Positions 23,446 to 33,552 of a DNA stretch of 64,000 bases are shown here, piece after piece. This DNA comes from Andalucia godoyi And28 (taxonomy: Eukaryota; Protista; Jakobida): assembly GCA_009859145.1 (NCBI GenBank), contig VRVR01000012.1, forward strand, positions 316,119 through 380,118, written 5' to 3'. The notes under the pieces are model-generated. The model had not been told where the DNA came from. It did not search any database and saw only the letters and a program-made list of their open reading frames with translations. The translations under genes were made by a program, and so were the position numbers. How positions within the stretch are numbered: position 1 is the stretch's first letter; every line of letters begins with the position of its first letter.

Positions 23446-25695
23446 CTATCGATGCCCACGCATGATCAGACTGCCAGAACTGGACGACGACGGCTGTGGA
23501 CCTGAGGAAGAGCTTCCAGCAGTTGTTGACGACGACGAAGAGGAAGATGACGACACGGAAGAGGACGATGCAGAGTGTACATTCTGGCTCGTTGAAATTC
23601 CAGATATCTGCGAAATTGAGGACGCTGGATTGAATCCTGACTGGATGGGCCCAAACGAAGACGAATAATAGGACGAGTGCTGTGAAGGGTGCTGTTGAAA
23701 GCCACCAACATTCGAAGACCTTCCCATGTGCGAATGCGGATGTGGGAGTGTCGGATTATGCGACGACCAAAATGATGGGATGGGAAAATTGTTCATCTGC
23801 GAACTGTGGGAATAGCCACCAACACTGCTACCACTCATTACACCCATCATCGAACTCATGCCGGAAGTCGCTTGCTGCTGAGTGCTGCTGTTGCTGTTGC
23901 TGTTGATACTGTTGCCAGCATTGCTGCTATTATTCGCTCCAACTCCACGTTCATTAGCAACACGCAATGCTTCCGAGACCTTTGGGAATTTGAGCGGCGC
24001 ATCAGGGTCCTGTTGAAACAGTCTGAACAGACGCTCGCCATCCCACCAAGTGGAATACGGGACCGACCCGGAGTAGCTGGTGGTATAAGACGCGAGTCTG
24101 CTTTCGTCAATAGCATTCGCAGCATTGTAGCCTTTCACATGCAACACGATCTTGTCCCACGTTGATCGGCATCGCTTCCCTCGCGGCGCGACGGCAGCAA
24201 CTGGCGCCGGAGTCGGCACTGGCGTCGGAGCTGGAGCTACTGCAGAAGTCGGAGTCTCAGCGGGAACAGACGGATCACGCAGGGAATTTGCACTTGCAGT
24301 AATCAAAGATGAGACGGACTGCCTCATACGCTTTCCACTGCCTTTACCCCTCTCCGCTGTATCGCTGTTTTCACGATCTTGAGGCTGAGGCTGCTCAACA
24401 ACATCTGCCTTATCATCATCGTCGTCGTCATCATCATCATCATCGTTATACTGAACTCCGGTACGCTTATTCTTATTCAGTTCGCGTCTCTTCCGTTTTT
24501 CGTTCGCATCTCTTTCACGATCACGGCGACTGTCCTTCTCTCTGTCCCGATCTCGCTTACCGGACGCAGAATGCACGTGAGAATGGCGTGAATCCGCCTG
24601 TTTGAGCTTGCTTCTCTTTCCCAACAAACCCTGTTGCTGGCTGTGCGACAGCGAATGGGAATGGGAATGCGAGTGTTGCGATGCATGCTGTTGGTGCGAA
24701 TGGGATTGCGGTCTATTGTTATCGTCCGATCCAGAAGAAAAAGAGGAAGACGAGCTGTTCTGCAGCCCAATGTCGCTATTGCTTCCACTATAACTCTTCC
24801 CGCTCTCATCGAGCTCGCTTGTTGACGTTCCTGACAGGGAGGACGCCGTTCCGGATGGATTATCCGCTGAGGAAGGTGACAGCAACATGGGCATCTGCGG
24901 AATGCGTTTTCCACTGGCAACACCTGCCGCATTCTTTCCTTTTTGAACTGAAAAGAACGAGCTTCGCCGTTTTGCAGAAGCAGCAGCAACTTGCGCAAGT
25001 GCTGCAATCGACAGCGAAGGCGTCGACTTGACAACGTCCGGGGGGACAGGAAGCACATAGACGACGTCATCATCTCTCAAATGCTGAGGAGCGTCCACTC
25101 TAAACAGCCGATCCTGCTTCAGCACATACAAGCATCCTTCTTCTTCTTCTTCTGCGTCTTCACCAACCTCATCAGCATCATCTTCCCGACCATGTTCTCC
25201 AGACCCAGACAGCGCAGCAACGGTACTCGCCACCGCTAGCACATCTTCCTCCTCTTCACCAAAGGCCGTGCCATCTTTTCTACGCATAGATTCGGCGCCA
25301 GGAATCGAAAGGCTCGCAGACGGCGGCGGCATTATGACTTGTTGTTCACCATCAACCTGTAAAATGCTGCTTATTCCAACAGAACTTTCGCCAGCACCGT
25401 CCTTGTTCTCACCGCCTCTGCTGCTGTTACCGTCGCTGTTATTGCTGTGGTTGTCATTACTACTACTACCGTTACCGTTACCGTTACCGTTACTGTTACT
25501 ATCGCTACGGGTACTAAAAGGAAGATTGCCAACTTGGGAATTGCTGCTGTTTAGATCAGCGGCATAAGAGGGAAGGGATGCCCGGATGCACCTCTGGATG
25601 ATATCGCGAAGCACAGGAGACGGCGGACCATCCGGGATAACCACAATCGAAGGCGCAACGTCAGGCTGCGACCCATGTATGACGAACAAGCGCAT
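23446..25695 (-). CDS. Low-complexity protein with basic (NLS-like) tracts and a small ordered central domain
   Basis: 749-aa ORF, first ATG at 25695. Contains KRKRRELNKNKR and an ordered-looking segment RSTWDKIVLHVKGY..WWDGERLFRLF. Confidence 0.65.
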   Translation of the reverse strand: MRLFVIHGSQPDVAPSIVVIPDGPPSPVLRDIIQRCIRASLPSYAADLNSSNSQVGNLPFSTRSDSNSNGNGNGNGSSSNDNHSNNSDGNSSRGGENKDGAGESSVGISSILQVDGEQQVIMPPPSASLSIPGAESMRRKDGTAFGEEEEDVLAVASTVAALSGSGEHGREDDADEVGEDAEEEEEGCLYVLKQDRLFRVDAPQHLRDDDVVYVLPVPPDVVKSTPSLSIAALAQVAAASAKRRSSFFSVQKGKNAAGVASGKRIPQMPMLLSPSSADNPSGTASSLSGTSTSELDESGKSYSGSNSDIGLQNSSSSSFSSGSDDNNRPQSHSHQQHASQHSHSHSHSLSHSQQQGLLGKRSKLKQADSRHSHVHSASGKRDRDREKDSRRDRERDANEKRKRRELNKNKRTGVQYNDDDDDDDDDDDKADVVEQPQPQDRENSDTAERGKGSGKRMRQSVSSLITASANSLRDPSVPAETPTSAVAPAPTPVPTPAPVAAVAPRGKRCRSTWDKIVLHVKGYNAANAIDESRLASYTTSYSGSVPYSTWWDGERLFRLFQQDPDAPLKFPKVSEALRVANERGVGANNSSNAGNSINSNSNSSTQQQATSGMSSMMGVMSGSSVGGYSHSSQMNNFPIPSFWSSHNPTLPHPHSHMGRSSNVGGFQQHPSQHSSYYSSSFGPIQSGFNPASSISQISGISTSQNVHSASSSSVSSSSSSSSSTTAGSSSSGPQPSSSSSGSLIMRGHR

Positions 25696-26126
25696 ATTCA
25701 CTTGCTCTTCCTATAAACAATTCTTTCCCCCCCCCCCTTTCAACACACGAAATACTGTGAAACTCGGCTTCCTTTTCTGTATAGTTGTCTTTTTTTTTGT
25801 TTTGAGAAAAAAAAATTAGGAAAAAAACACAGTCAACCCCGAGGGATGCTAATAGGAGACCACGATACTTCGGAGAAAGTGTGCGTCAACAGCGACCAAA
25901 AAACCAGGTTTTAAGAACAGGAAGGATAATGGAGATGCACAGAAAGCGCGAGAGAGCGAGGAAACAGCAAGCAGGAAAAAAGAGGGGCTAATTACGAACA
26001 AAATAAACGAGGGAAATACAAAGAAGGAATGAATTAAAAAAAATAACAAGATAGTTGGTAAAGAAGCGCGAAGAGGAGACGTGAAGGTCTTTTGCGGTGG
26101 GAAACCTTTGGTGATGTGGGCACCTA

Positions 26127-26300
<174 letters not shown>

Positions 26301-26633
26301 GCGAGACTTGAATCGGGAATTGGAAAGAAGGAAGAACCGAAAGAAGCTTGGAAGGAAAGGAAGCAAAAGGTGGGGTTACATAGAGGGGCGAACCAATAGA
26401 GGAGTGTGATTCATGGTGTCGTGTCAGCGCGTCATAGCCTCACTTGGGGTGCCTTGACCGGAAAAGGGTGGCTGTTGTGCTTGAATGCCGAGCAGATGCG
26501 GCGTAGCAGATAGCAGTCCAGCACACGCCATGGGTTCTTCAACATCACAGTTTTCACAGTTGTACAGACGACGACGGAACTGGGGGAAGCGGGGGTGGAA
26601 GGAGCTGTTCTTGAGACGAGATGATTATTCTTT

Positions 26634-29600
26634 TTACGTGTCTGGGGATTGCGAGCCATAGATGCGGATTCCTGGAGGAATGTCCAGGAACGGCTGGTTT
26701 TGGAAGATCCGAGTGTCTTTTGGAAGCAAGAAGACAGACACGTGCATGGTCAGATTTTGGCCCATTTCTTTGAATCCGGTGACGGGGGCTTCGTGGTTGA
26801 CCAGTCTGGCTCCCAAATGCTGCTTATTGGGGCTTGTCTTGAAGCTGGCTTCCACATCAAAGATGTCGGCAATTCGCACAAGCGCAAAACCAGATTTGAT
26901 TGGGCGAGTCTTGTGAAGCACATGGATCTGCAGATCGGGATACTCGCGGACCCACTTGGTGAGTGCGTCGCGTCTGCATCGCACAAACGTCGTATCTTCC
27001 GATTCAAACACAACATCATCCGTCATTCGCAAGAACATGACATTTTCAAACGACCGGAACTCAACTCCAAACAGATTATATCGGACTGCCCACTGGTCAT
27101 GCATGTTTGCGTTGGAAAGGGGGATCGACAATGACATCGGAGCGGAGCCTCCGGGCGGCTGCGACGCCGCTGAACCCCCTTTGGGAGTGAATCCAGATAT
27201 ACGATGTACTTGGATGCATATTGTCCAGAGCTGAGAGGTTGCCAGGTGTGGGAAAAGTTCCGTTTCTGGGACGGAAGAAATGGCGGAGCAAGCGTCTGAA
27301 AGACACCCATCATCATCAGCATCAGCATCAGCATCACCATAGTCGTCTGTGCGGACATCGGCAACCGGGATCGCAGAAACAGCATGTCCATTTTCTTCAT
27401 CCGCAAGTGCCTGGCGGGTGGACGACCTTGTTGCTTGCTCATTCCGGATGTCCGCGGCGGCAGTCGCAGCACTGTCATTAAGATGTTCATCCGAGTACGA
27501 TCTGGTCACCTTTTTGGATTCAATTGAAGGAGACTGGGAGTGTGTTGGCTTTGGCTGGGAAGGGGAGTGACGGGAATGGGATGGCGAGGCAGGGGAACCA
27601 CTGCTGGAGAAACCGCGATTCTTCCCCGGGCTCCTAGGAGAATTACGGGTCGATGCGACAACAGACTGTGCGACTGAGACGGGCTTTCCAACCTGACGAC
27701 GCGTGATCATCACCCACAGCCAATGCGGAATGTTGGAGTTTGCATTGGGGCTGTTTCCAGGATTAGTACCACCATTGCTGTTGCCGCCATTGCTCTGATG
27801 GAGGTTACGACTGTTACCCGGAGTCGCGAAAGACTCGGGCTTGATCTCTTCCGAGTCCTTTGAAACGATGAAAACGGAATTCGGGCATGTCAGCAGTGCA
27901 TTCGGCTGAGGCCACATGGACGCCATCCACTCATCTGGCAGCGGGTCCGCGGTACGGAACGTCGCAGGGTTCTCGGGAATCCAGATATACGGAATTTGCG
28001 TGTTGATGTTCATTGCCAGCGGATTCGCGACATGCGCCGGGTGTCGCGCAAGATGAGATCGCAGAGTCAATGCCGAAGTATCCATCATTCCAAGCTTCTT
28101 GACCATTCCACAGGCAGCATGGAGCGTCATCATGGTGTTTGGAGTACCAACGGCATTCACAGGCTCGCTGAACTCGGAATCCGGATTCAACGTGAAGAAC
28201 ACAGAATGCTCAACACGATCAATCATTCCTGACACAAACTGCGAAAGTGGAAGTCCACAAGACGCAATAACCTTGCGCGAAACGACCCGCCTGCGCTCTT
28301 CCACGTCCGCGCAGAGCTCGACGCGGATCTTGTCCTTGACTCGGAGGAACGACGCACACGCTTCCTCCGTCTCTGAAAACCAGTAGAATACGCGAGACTT
28401 CTGAATCGGAAGATGGAAACGGATGTTCTGGCCATGCATTGTCTTCAGGTTCAGTCGGTTCGCAAAGCCGTTTGGAAGCAAAACGGGGAAAATGGTCTCC
28501 TGGTCCAAAAACGAAACCACGAGGTACAGATCCGTCACACTGTGAATCAGCTGTTCAGATGATTCAGTACCATTTTCCGTCGTCGTTGGTGCAGCATCAG
28601 TAGCAGAGGAGGAGGATGTTTTGGTTGACGCATCCTGCGTCGTCGCGGCACCCTGCCTCTTGCTCAACGCAAAGAAAATCCCATCCACCGGAACATCAAG
28701 CACAGAGTACAGTACAAGGGCGAAACGATACAAAAACTGCATTTTTGCTCTTCGTCGATTCTCTACTTCAACGGCAAGGCTTGATCGTCTCTCACCCACA
28801 GAGACGACACGAAATGACTGGCGTGTTTTGGCGAATCCATACATGCCAGAGAAGTTGGACGACAGGGCTGGGGAGTTGGAGCGCGTGGTTGCCGACATCG
28901 GGCGCCCAAGCGGACTGTCTCTCCCATTCGCACTTGGCTTTGCAGATTGCGGCCGAGAACCGTTTTTGACCGGCGAGGTTGAATAGCCGGGGGAGCCGAA
29001 CGGAGCGGAGCCCGTGGCTTGTGTGTCGTCGGCCACCGCGGATTCCACACTTTGCATGGGGATTCCGACCGCCCGAGCAAACTCTGCTTCCACCTGCGCG
29101 AGCTTGGACTCGGTGACGTACAGGTCAAAGCAGGATCGACAGACCTTGCATGGCTGGTACATGGTGGACGAGTCTAATGGAATGTCCGAGCTTGGGGCGC
29201 CAGATGAGCCTGTCTGATTTTTCTTGAACCAATCGAGGTAGATGCCACGTTTGGCGAGATGCTGCTCCGTATCGTAAATCATCTTCGGTGTCATGGAATA
29301 AATCAACTCATCGGGTTCATAGTAAGTGCAGCAGCTCTTGCACATTGCATATTTGCGGTCTCTCTGCAACTGCCCGTCTGAGCCACTGCCGCCCGAAGCA
29401 GAAGACCCCATGTATGACATTGCAGAGTTTGATGACACTTTCTTTGGTGTAAGACTCTGAGAGTTGGACGCCGAGGACGGTCTGACAAATAGCTCAAGTG
29501 CTTTGCACTGCAGCCATACCCACAAACCAGTTCCTTCTTCGCGGACAAAATCGCATACGATTGATGCAATCTTTTGCTTCGACGATCGCTCGACAGCCTC

Positions 29601-30605
29601 AGCGCAAGCCACCGTCACATCCACAATGTCGGAAACCGCAGACCCTGGGGACCGATATATACTGACGGTCATATCTCCTTCTTCCGCCACAGTTGTGAAT
29701 CTCTTTCTCAGATCGGGCTCCTTTTTAGCATCCGTGCAGGATATCGTCGAAGACACAAAATACGCAAAGTTTGTCTTGTACTTTTCCGAGCCGCGATGGA
29801 TTGCGTGAACTCTGCAGATGGAAGCATACGATCCTTTGAACTTCACAAACTGCTGAATCACCATCTGGCCAGCAGATGACGAGAAGTTGTCCCCCAGCAA
29901 TCGGACCTGTCTGAGAGTGACCATGCTGATTTCGTTTCCGTTGCCCTCCCCAAACGCAGCCTTTTTCTGTACCGCTACCAACGTTTCTTCATCAGCCGTG
30001 GGAGAAAGGTGACTCGTGAGGATCTTCACAAACTTCTTTCCATTAATATTGTCTTGTCGGCACACCTTTCCATTATCGTCTGTGTAGAACCAGACGGGGT
30101 TATCTTCCAGTCCAAACACGAACGTATTCGGAATCCGTACCGCGACATTCCTCGGAAGCATTGTCGGCGGTGATACAAGGTTGGTTGTGCTGGTGTTGTC
30201 ATTCGTGTTCTTATCTCGAGGACACAAACACGCATAAAACGAAGCACCGGGCTTGATCTTGCAAGATGAATAATCCGACATGTTTTGAAACGAGATTGTG
30301 TTCCTCATCAGATCATAGTCCCTCTTCTGAAGGTCCTTTCGCAGCGGATCGTCCGCAGTGCTCATCGATCTCGAAGCATTGCTTGCAGCGACTCTCGAGC
30401 TCATCCGCTTCAGAATGTTATCCGATGACTCTGTTGGATCCTTCGCCGCCACTGCAGACCCTTGTGGGACCGAATGCATCATTCGCGTCTGCTGAGAAAC
30501 AAACTTTTGATGCTCGGTCGCCGTCGACCCACTCATCTGCGATAGCCGATGCGCCTGTGGAGACGACGCTGCTGGCTTCGCAGACTGCGGCCTTCCAGGA
30601 ATCAT
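26634..30605 (-). CDS. Large uncharacterised protein (1323 aa): ATP-grasp-like region, Cys cluster, two C2-like beta regions
   Basis: IPNTFVFG..PVWFYTDDNG, VIQQFVK, IVCDFVRE; CKSCC and CKVCRSC; beta-rich segments. Fold labels are inferred. Confidence 0.7.
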   Translation of the reverse strand: MIPGRPQSAKPAASSPQAHRLSQMSGSTATEHQKFVSQQTRMMHSVPQGSAVAAKDPTESSDNILKRMSSRVAASNASRSMSTADDPLRKDLQKRDYDLMRNTISFQNMSDYSSCKIKPGASFYACLCPRDKNTNDNTSTTNLVSPPTMLPRNVAVRIPNTFVFGLEDNPVWFYTDDNGKVCRQDNINGKKFVKILTSHLSPTADEETLVAVQKKAAFGEGNGNEISMVTLRQVRLLGDNFSSSAGQMVIQQFVKFKGSYASICRVHAIHRGSEKYKTNFAYFVSSTISCTDAKKEPDLRKRFTTVAEEGDMTVSIYRSPGSAVSDIVDVTVACAEAVERSSKQKIASIVCDFVREEGTGLWVWLQCKALELFVRPSSASNSQSLTPKKVSSNSAMSYMGSSASGGSGSDGQLQRDRKYAMCKSCCTYYEPDELIYSMTPKMIYDTEQHLAKRGIYLDWFKKNQTGSSGAPSSDIPLDSSTMYQPCKVCRSCFDLYVTESKLAQVEAEFARAVGIPMQSVESAVADDTQATGSAPFGSPGYSTSPVKNGSRPQSAKPSANGRDSPLGRPMSATTRSNSPALSSNFSGMYGFAKTRQSFRVVSVGERRSSLAVEVENRRRAKMQFLYRFALVLYSVLDVPVDGIFFALSKRQGAATTQDASTKTSSSSATDAAPTTTENGTESSEQLIHSVTDLYLVVSFLDQETIFPVLLPNGFANRLNLKTMHGQNIRFHLPIQKSRVFYWFSETEEACASFLRVKDKIRVELCADVEERRRVVSRKVIASCGLPLSQFVSGMIDRVEHSVFFTLNPDSEFSEPVNAVGTPNTMMTLHAACGMVKKLGMMDTSALTLRSHLARHPAHVANPLAMNINTQIPYIWIPENPATFRTADPLPDEWMASMWPQPNALLTCPNSVFIVSKDSEEIKPESFATPGNSRNLHQSNGGNSNGGTNPGNSPNANSNIPHWLWVMITRRQVGKPVSVAQSVVASTRNSPRSPGKNRGFSSSGSPASPSHSRHSPSQPKPTHSQSPSIESKKVTRSYSDEHLNDSAATAAADIRNEQATRSSTRQALADEENGHAVSAIPVADVRTDDYGDADADADDDGCLSDACSAISSVPETELFPHLATSQLWTICIQVHRISGFTPKGGSAASQPPGGSAPMSLSIPLSNANMHDQWAVRYNLFGVEFRSFENVMFLRMTDDVVFESEDTTFVRCRRDALTKWVREYPDLQIHVLHKTRPIKSGFALVRIADIFDVEASFKTSPNKQHLGARLVNHEAPVTGFKEMGQNLTMHVSVFLLPKDTRIFQNQPFLDIPPGIRIYGSQSPDT

Positions 30606-31045
30606 GATCCGCGACGATTCGTTTTCTTCTGCACAAGCCCAATATCAAATATCAGATGTCAAATTTCAAAAATCGAAAGTCAAAAATCAAAAGTCATAAA
30701 ATCCAAATTATCAACGAAGCGTTTCTCTACACGGAGAACCCACGACAACAGCGGTTTGAGAGATGCCGTGTGACCTGTCCGGAGCAGGCATTTAATCCGT
30801 CCTTTGCTGCTTCCGGGACACAATTGCCCGACATGTGCGAGAAAAAAGGCTGCGGAAGAATCAAGTGATGCAAGCTGCCGAGCAGAGAATCAGAGTTTTA
30901 TTTCCCCACCGACAGCACACAACGGCCACGCACACACACAAGGGAACAGTTTGTTGGCGTGCGGAATTCCTGAAGTGGGTAAATCTGGAGGGGAGGTCAG
31001 GAGGATCACGAGATTGGAGAAGAAGAGGAGGAACAGAACGTGATA

Positions 31046-32173
31046 ATGATGGCTGCAAAGTACACGCTTCTTGATTACTATGAGCAAAAGTGCCAAGCGC
31101 TGGGGATTGCGCCACATCCATCGATTGTGGATGGGGTGTATGTGAAGGTGCAATCTTCATCTTCAACTTCTTCTTCGTCATCGTCGTCGTCCCTGTCGTC
31201 TGGCATGGTTTATTGCCGTCGATCGACGGATACTCCGACGGCAGAAGTGGATCCATCGCTTCTCAGGACCTTTATTCACATACGAAATGTACCGGAATCC
31301 AGACCAATTCAAAAAATGGATCTCGACGCGCTGTTTGCATCGGTGTTGGACAATGCTTCTTCTGTTTCGCCTGTGATTTCTGCAGTTTCATTTGTCAAGT
31401 CGGGCCTCTCCGACGAGCTTTTGGCGACGGTTGCAGCGTTTTTGTTGTCCTTCACTACGAAGGCGCCGTCTGTCTGTGGCTGCCTTGCTCATGTAGGAAT
31501 TGATGACAACTCGTTTGCGCTGGTCAGTTCGTTCTGTGCAGTACTGGAGAGCTGTTGCAAGACTGTGCCTAGTTTTTCACTTCGTATGAACGCGTTGGAA
31601 GAAAAGCACATTGCCGATATCTTCTCCTCGCTTAAGAAGTTTCCTGTAAATGCCGTACGAACACTTGATTTGTACGGAAACGACTTGCAAGCGGCTGGGT
31701 GTGTAGCTGCTTTGCAGTCTGCAGAGCTGTACGCGTCGAAGCTGCAAGTACTGAACTTGGGACTGAACCGAGTGGTGATGACTTCTGCTCTTTCCAAAGC
31801 CATCTCAAACTGCTTTGAGCCAAAGATGGTCCCTGCGGGCCAGTTTGCGGCGTTTCGGAAGAATAGACTTGTTGTACTGCTCAACTTGGATCCCTCCAAC
31901 ACGAAAGCAATCGATTCGTTGGTGCAGCGAATCGACGATTCTCGGGCGGGAAAGAAGCTGAAGAAGGGCGAGGAGCTCTCAGAAACGGAGCTGGCGGTCG
32001 CAGAGTACGAAACACAAGTGAAGCCATCTGCAGACGGCGCCAGTATGGTCATCCCTCCGTTCTTGAAGTTGCAAAAGTTGGACTTTTCGTCGAACTTCTT
32101 ACACTCAGACCAACTCCCCGACAGCCTGCGCTCAGCTCCAGTCCAAACTGCTGGATCACGAAGTGCTGCCTGA
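31046..32173 (+). CDS. Leucine-rich repeat (RNI-like) protein
   Basis: LxLxxN repeats: LRMNAL, LDLYGNDL, LNLGLNRV, LDFSSNF. First ATG at 31046. Confidence 0.75.
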   Translation: MMAAKYTLLDYYEQKCQALGIAPHPSIVDGVYVKVQSSSSTSSSSSSSSLSSGMVYCRRSTDTPTAEVDPSLLRTFIHIRNVPESRPIQKMDLDALFASVLDNASSVSPVISAVSFVKSGLSDELLATVAAFLLSFTTKAPSVCGCLAHVGIDDNSFALVSSFCAVLESCCKTVPSFSLRMNALEEKHIADIFSSLKKFPVNAVRTLDLYGNDLQAAGCVAALQSAELYASKLQVLNLGLNRVVMTSALSKAISNCFEPKMVPAGQFAAFRKNRLVVLLNLDPSNTKAIDSLVQRIDDSRAGKKLKKGEELSETELAVAEYETQVKPSADGASMVIPPFLKLQKLDFSSNFLHSDQLPDSLRSAPVQTAGSRSAA

Positions 32174-32381
32174 GCATTCAAAGCCAGCAGCAGCAACAAC
32201 AATAGCAACAGCTTGCATTTGCTGATGATGGAAAGCAAAAAAAACAACAAACAAACAAAACAACAGCAACAAAAAAAAAACCACGAAGCAGGCAGGATGC
32301 TACGAGGAAGATGATAATACTTTGTAAAGGCCAATGCATTTGGAGAATGAATGTTTTTGCTATGTGCATTCGTATTTGTAT

Positions 32382-32861
32382 TTATGCTTGTTTGAATCGA
32401 TCATGCAGAACACGCTGCAAAACAGCGAGTCGTGCATTGGCGAACTTTTCATCGACGTTACCGACTTCTGCAATGTACCGGTTCTGCTCAGCGATTCCTT
32501 GTTGTTTCATGACCGCAGACGATCGCGACAGTTCTTCCACGACCTTAATACGATTCTCAAGATCTGTTCTCGACAATTCCATGCTCTTCTTGCGTTCCCA
32601 CTCCAGCGAATACTCCCACGCAAGGGAGTCTCGAACGACCTTGCATCGAGTGAACCGCGAGAGTTCGTCTTGGCAGAATGCATCTGTCTGGGTTTGTTTC
32701 TTACACGCAGCGACAGCTTGCAGCGCCTTCAGACACGACGGAACATTGGACTGCTCAAAAAAGTGGTCAGGAAGGTCCGAGGGAAGAGTGCGAGGAACTG
32801 GAGGATACAGTGCTTCGGACAGCGAATACAGTCTTTGACCAGTCTCACTCTGGAACGCCAT
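32382..32861 (-). CDS. Twin CX9C protein with C-terminal coiled coil, probably mitochondrial intermembrane space
   Basis: CLKALQAVAAC-KKQTQTDAF-CQDELSRFTRC, i.e. CX9C-X9-CX9C. Confidence 0.7.
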   Translation of the reverse strand: MAFQSETGQRLYSLSEALYPPVPRTLPSDLPDHFFEQSNVPSCLKALQAVAACKKQTQTDAFCQDELSRFTRCKVVRDSLAWEYSLEWERKKSMELSRTDLENRIKVVEELSRSSAVMKQQGIAEQNRYIAEVGNVDEKFANARLAVLQRVLHDRFKQA

Positions 32862-33552
32862 GCCTTACTGTCGTGATTCCAAACATGCGCATCGAAAACA
32901 GCAGACCTTTCCCAACACCGAGACGAGCTCCTTTCAGCAAAAGAAAAACGTTAACTGCAAAAATCCTTTCGATGATCCGCTGGTGGCACTACGAAAGAAC
33001 AAGAGGGAACGAAAACCAGAACTGCTAGTTTCGCACTTCGTAGGAAAACCCAATGGCCAACGGGGCGGAGTGCGGACTTCATGAGATTCGTTGAGAAGAT
33101 CCATCATCATGCACGCATGAGCAAGTCACATATCGTTTTTTCCCCATCACTGCTGTTCCTTTTACAGTTCACTCTTACTTTACCCCTACTTTAGCCTGCT
33201 CATACAGAAATTTCAGACAAGACTATCCTGTCCGTCTTTTTTCACTCACACCAGTCCATCGTCATTCCGATGGATGCCCCGGGATGCCCCAAGCAACGCC
33301 TGGATCGAGACTGGGAAGTGGTGTGCGCAATATCTATTGGAAGAACGCTTCGACAAATTGGGGGAGGGCGGCCTGCTCCTCTTCTGAATTGAATTCACAA
33401 TCGGTTCCCATGCAAGACTGCATATGGACGATCACCAATGATCAGCCCATGTTTCGTGTGCAATGCAGGCGTGACACCTTGACCTGACGAACGAGCAAAC
33501 GGACGAGATCGAGATCGAGAGAATAAAAGGTACAGTTTACGACGAGGATAGA

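Noticed and set aside
26432-26659. 75-aa ORF overlapping the 3' end of the 1323-aa gene as an extra exon
   Set aside because: Joining it needs a 28-nt intron with a non-consensus GTAAAA donor, unlike the other introns here. Left unresolved.
33247-33325. Short inverted repeats (TCCATCG/CGATGGA, CACACCA/TGGTGTG) in the CX9C-COG6 spacer
   Set aside because: 7-bp stems are expected by chance in 64 kb, with no supporting tetraloops or known motifs.
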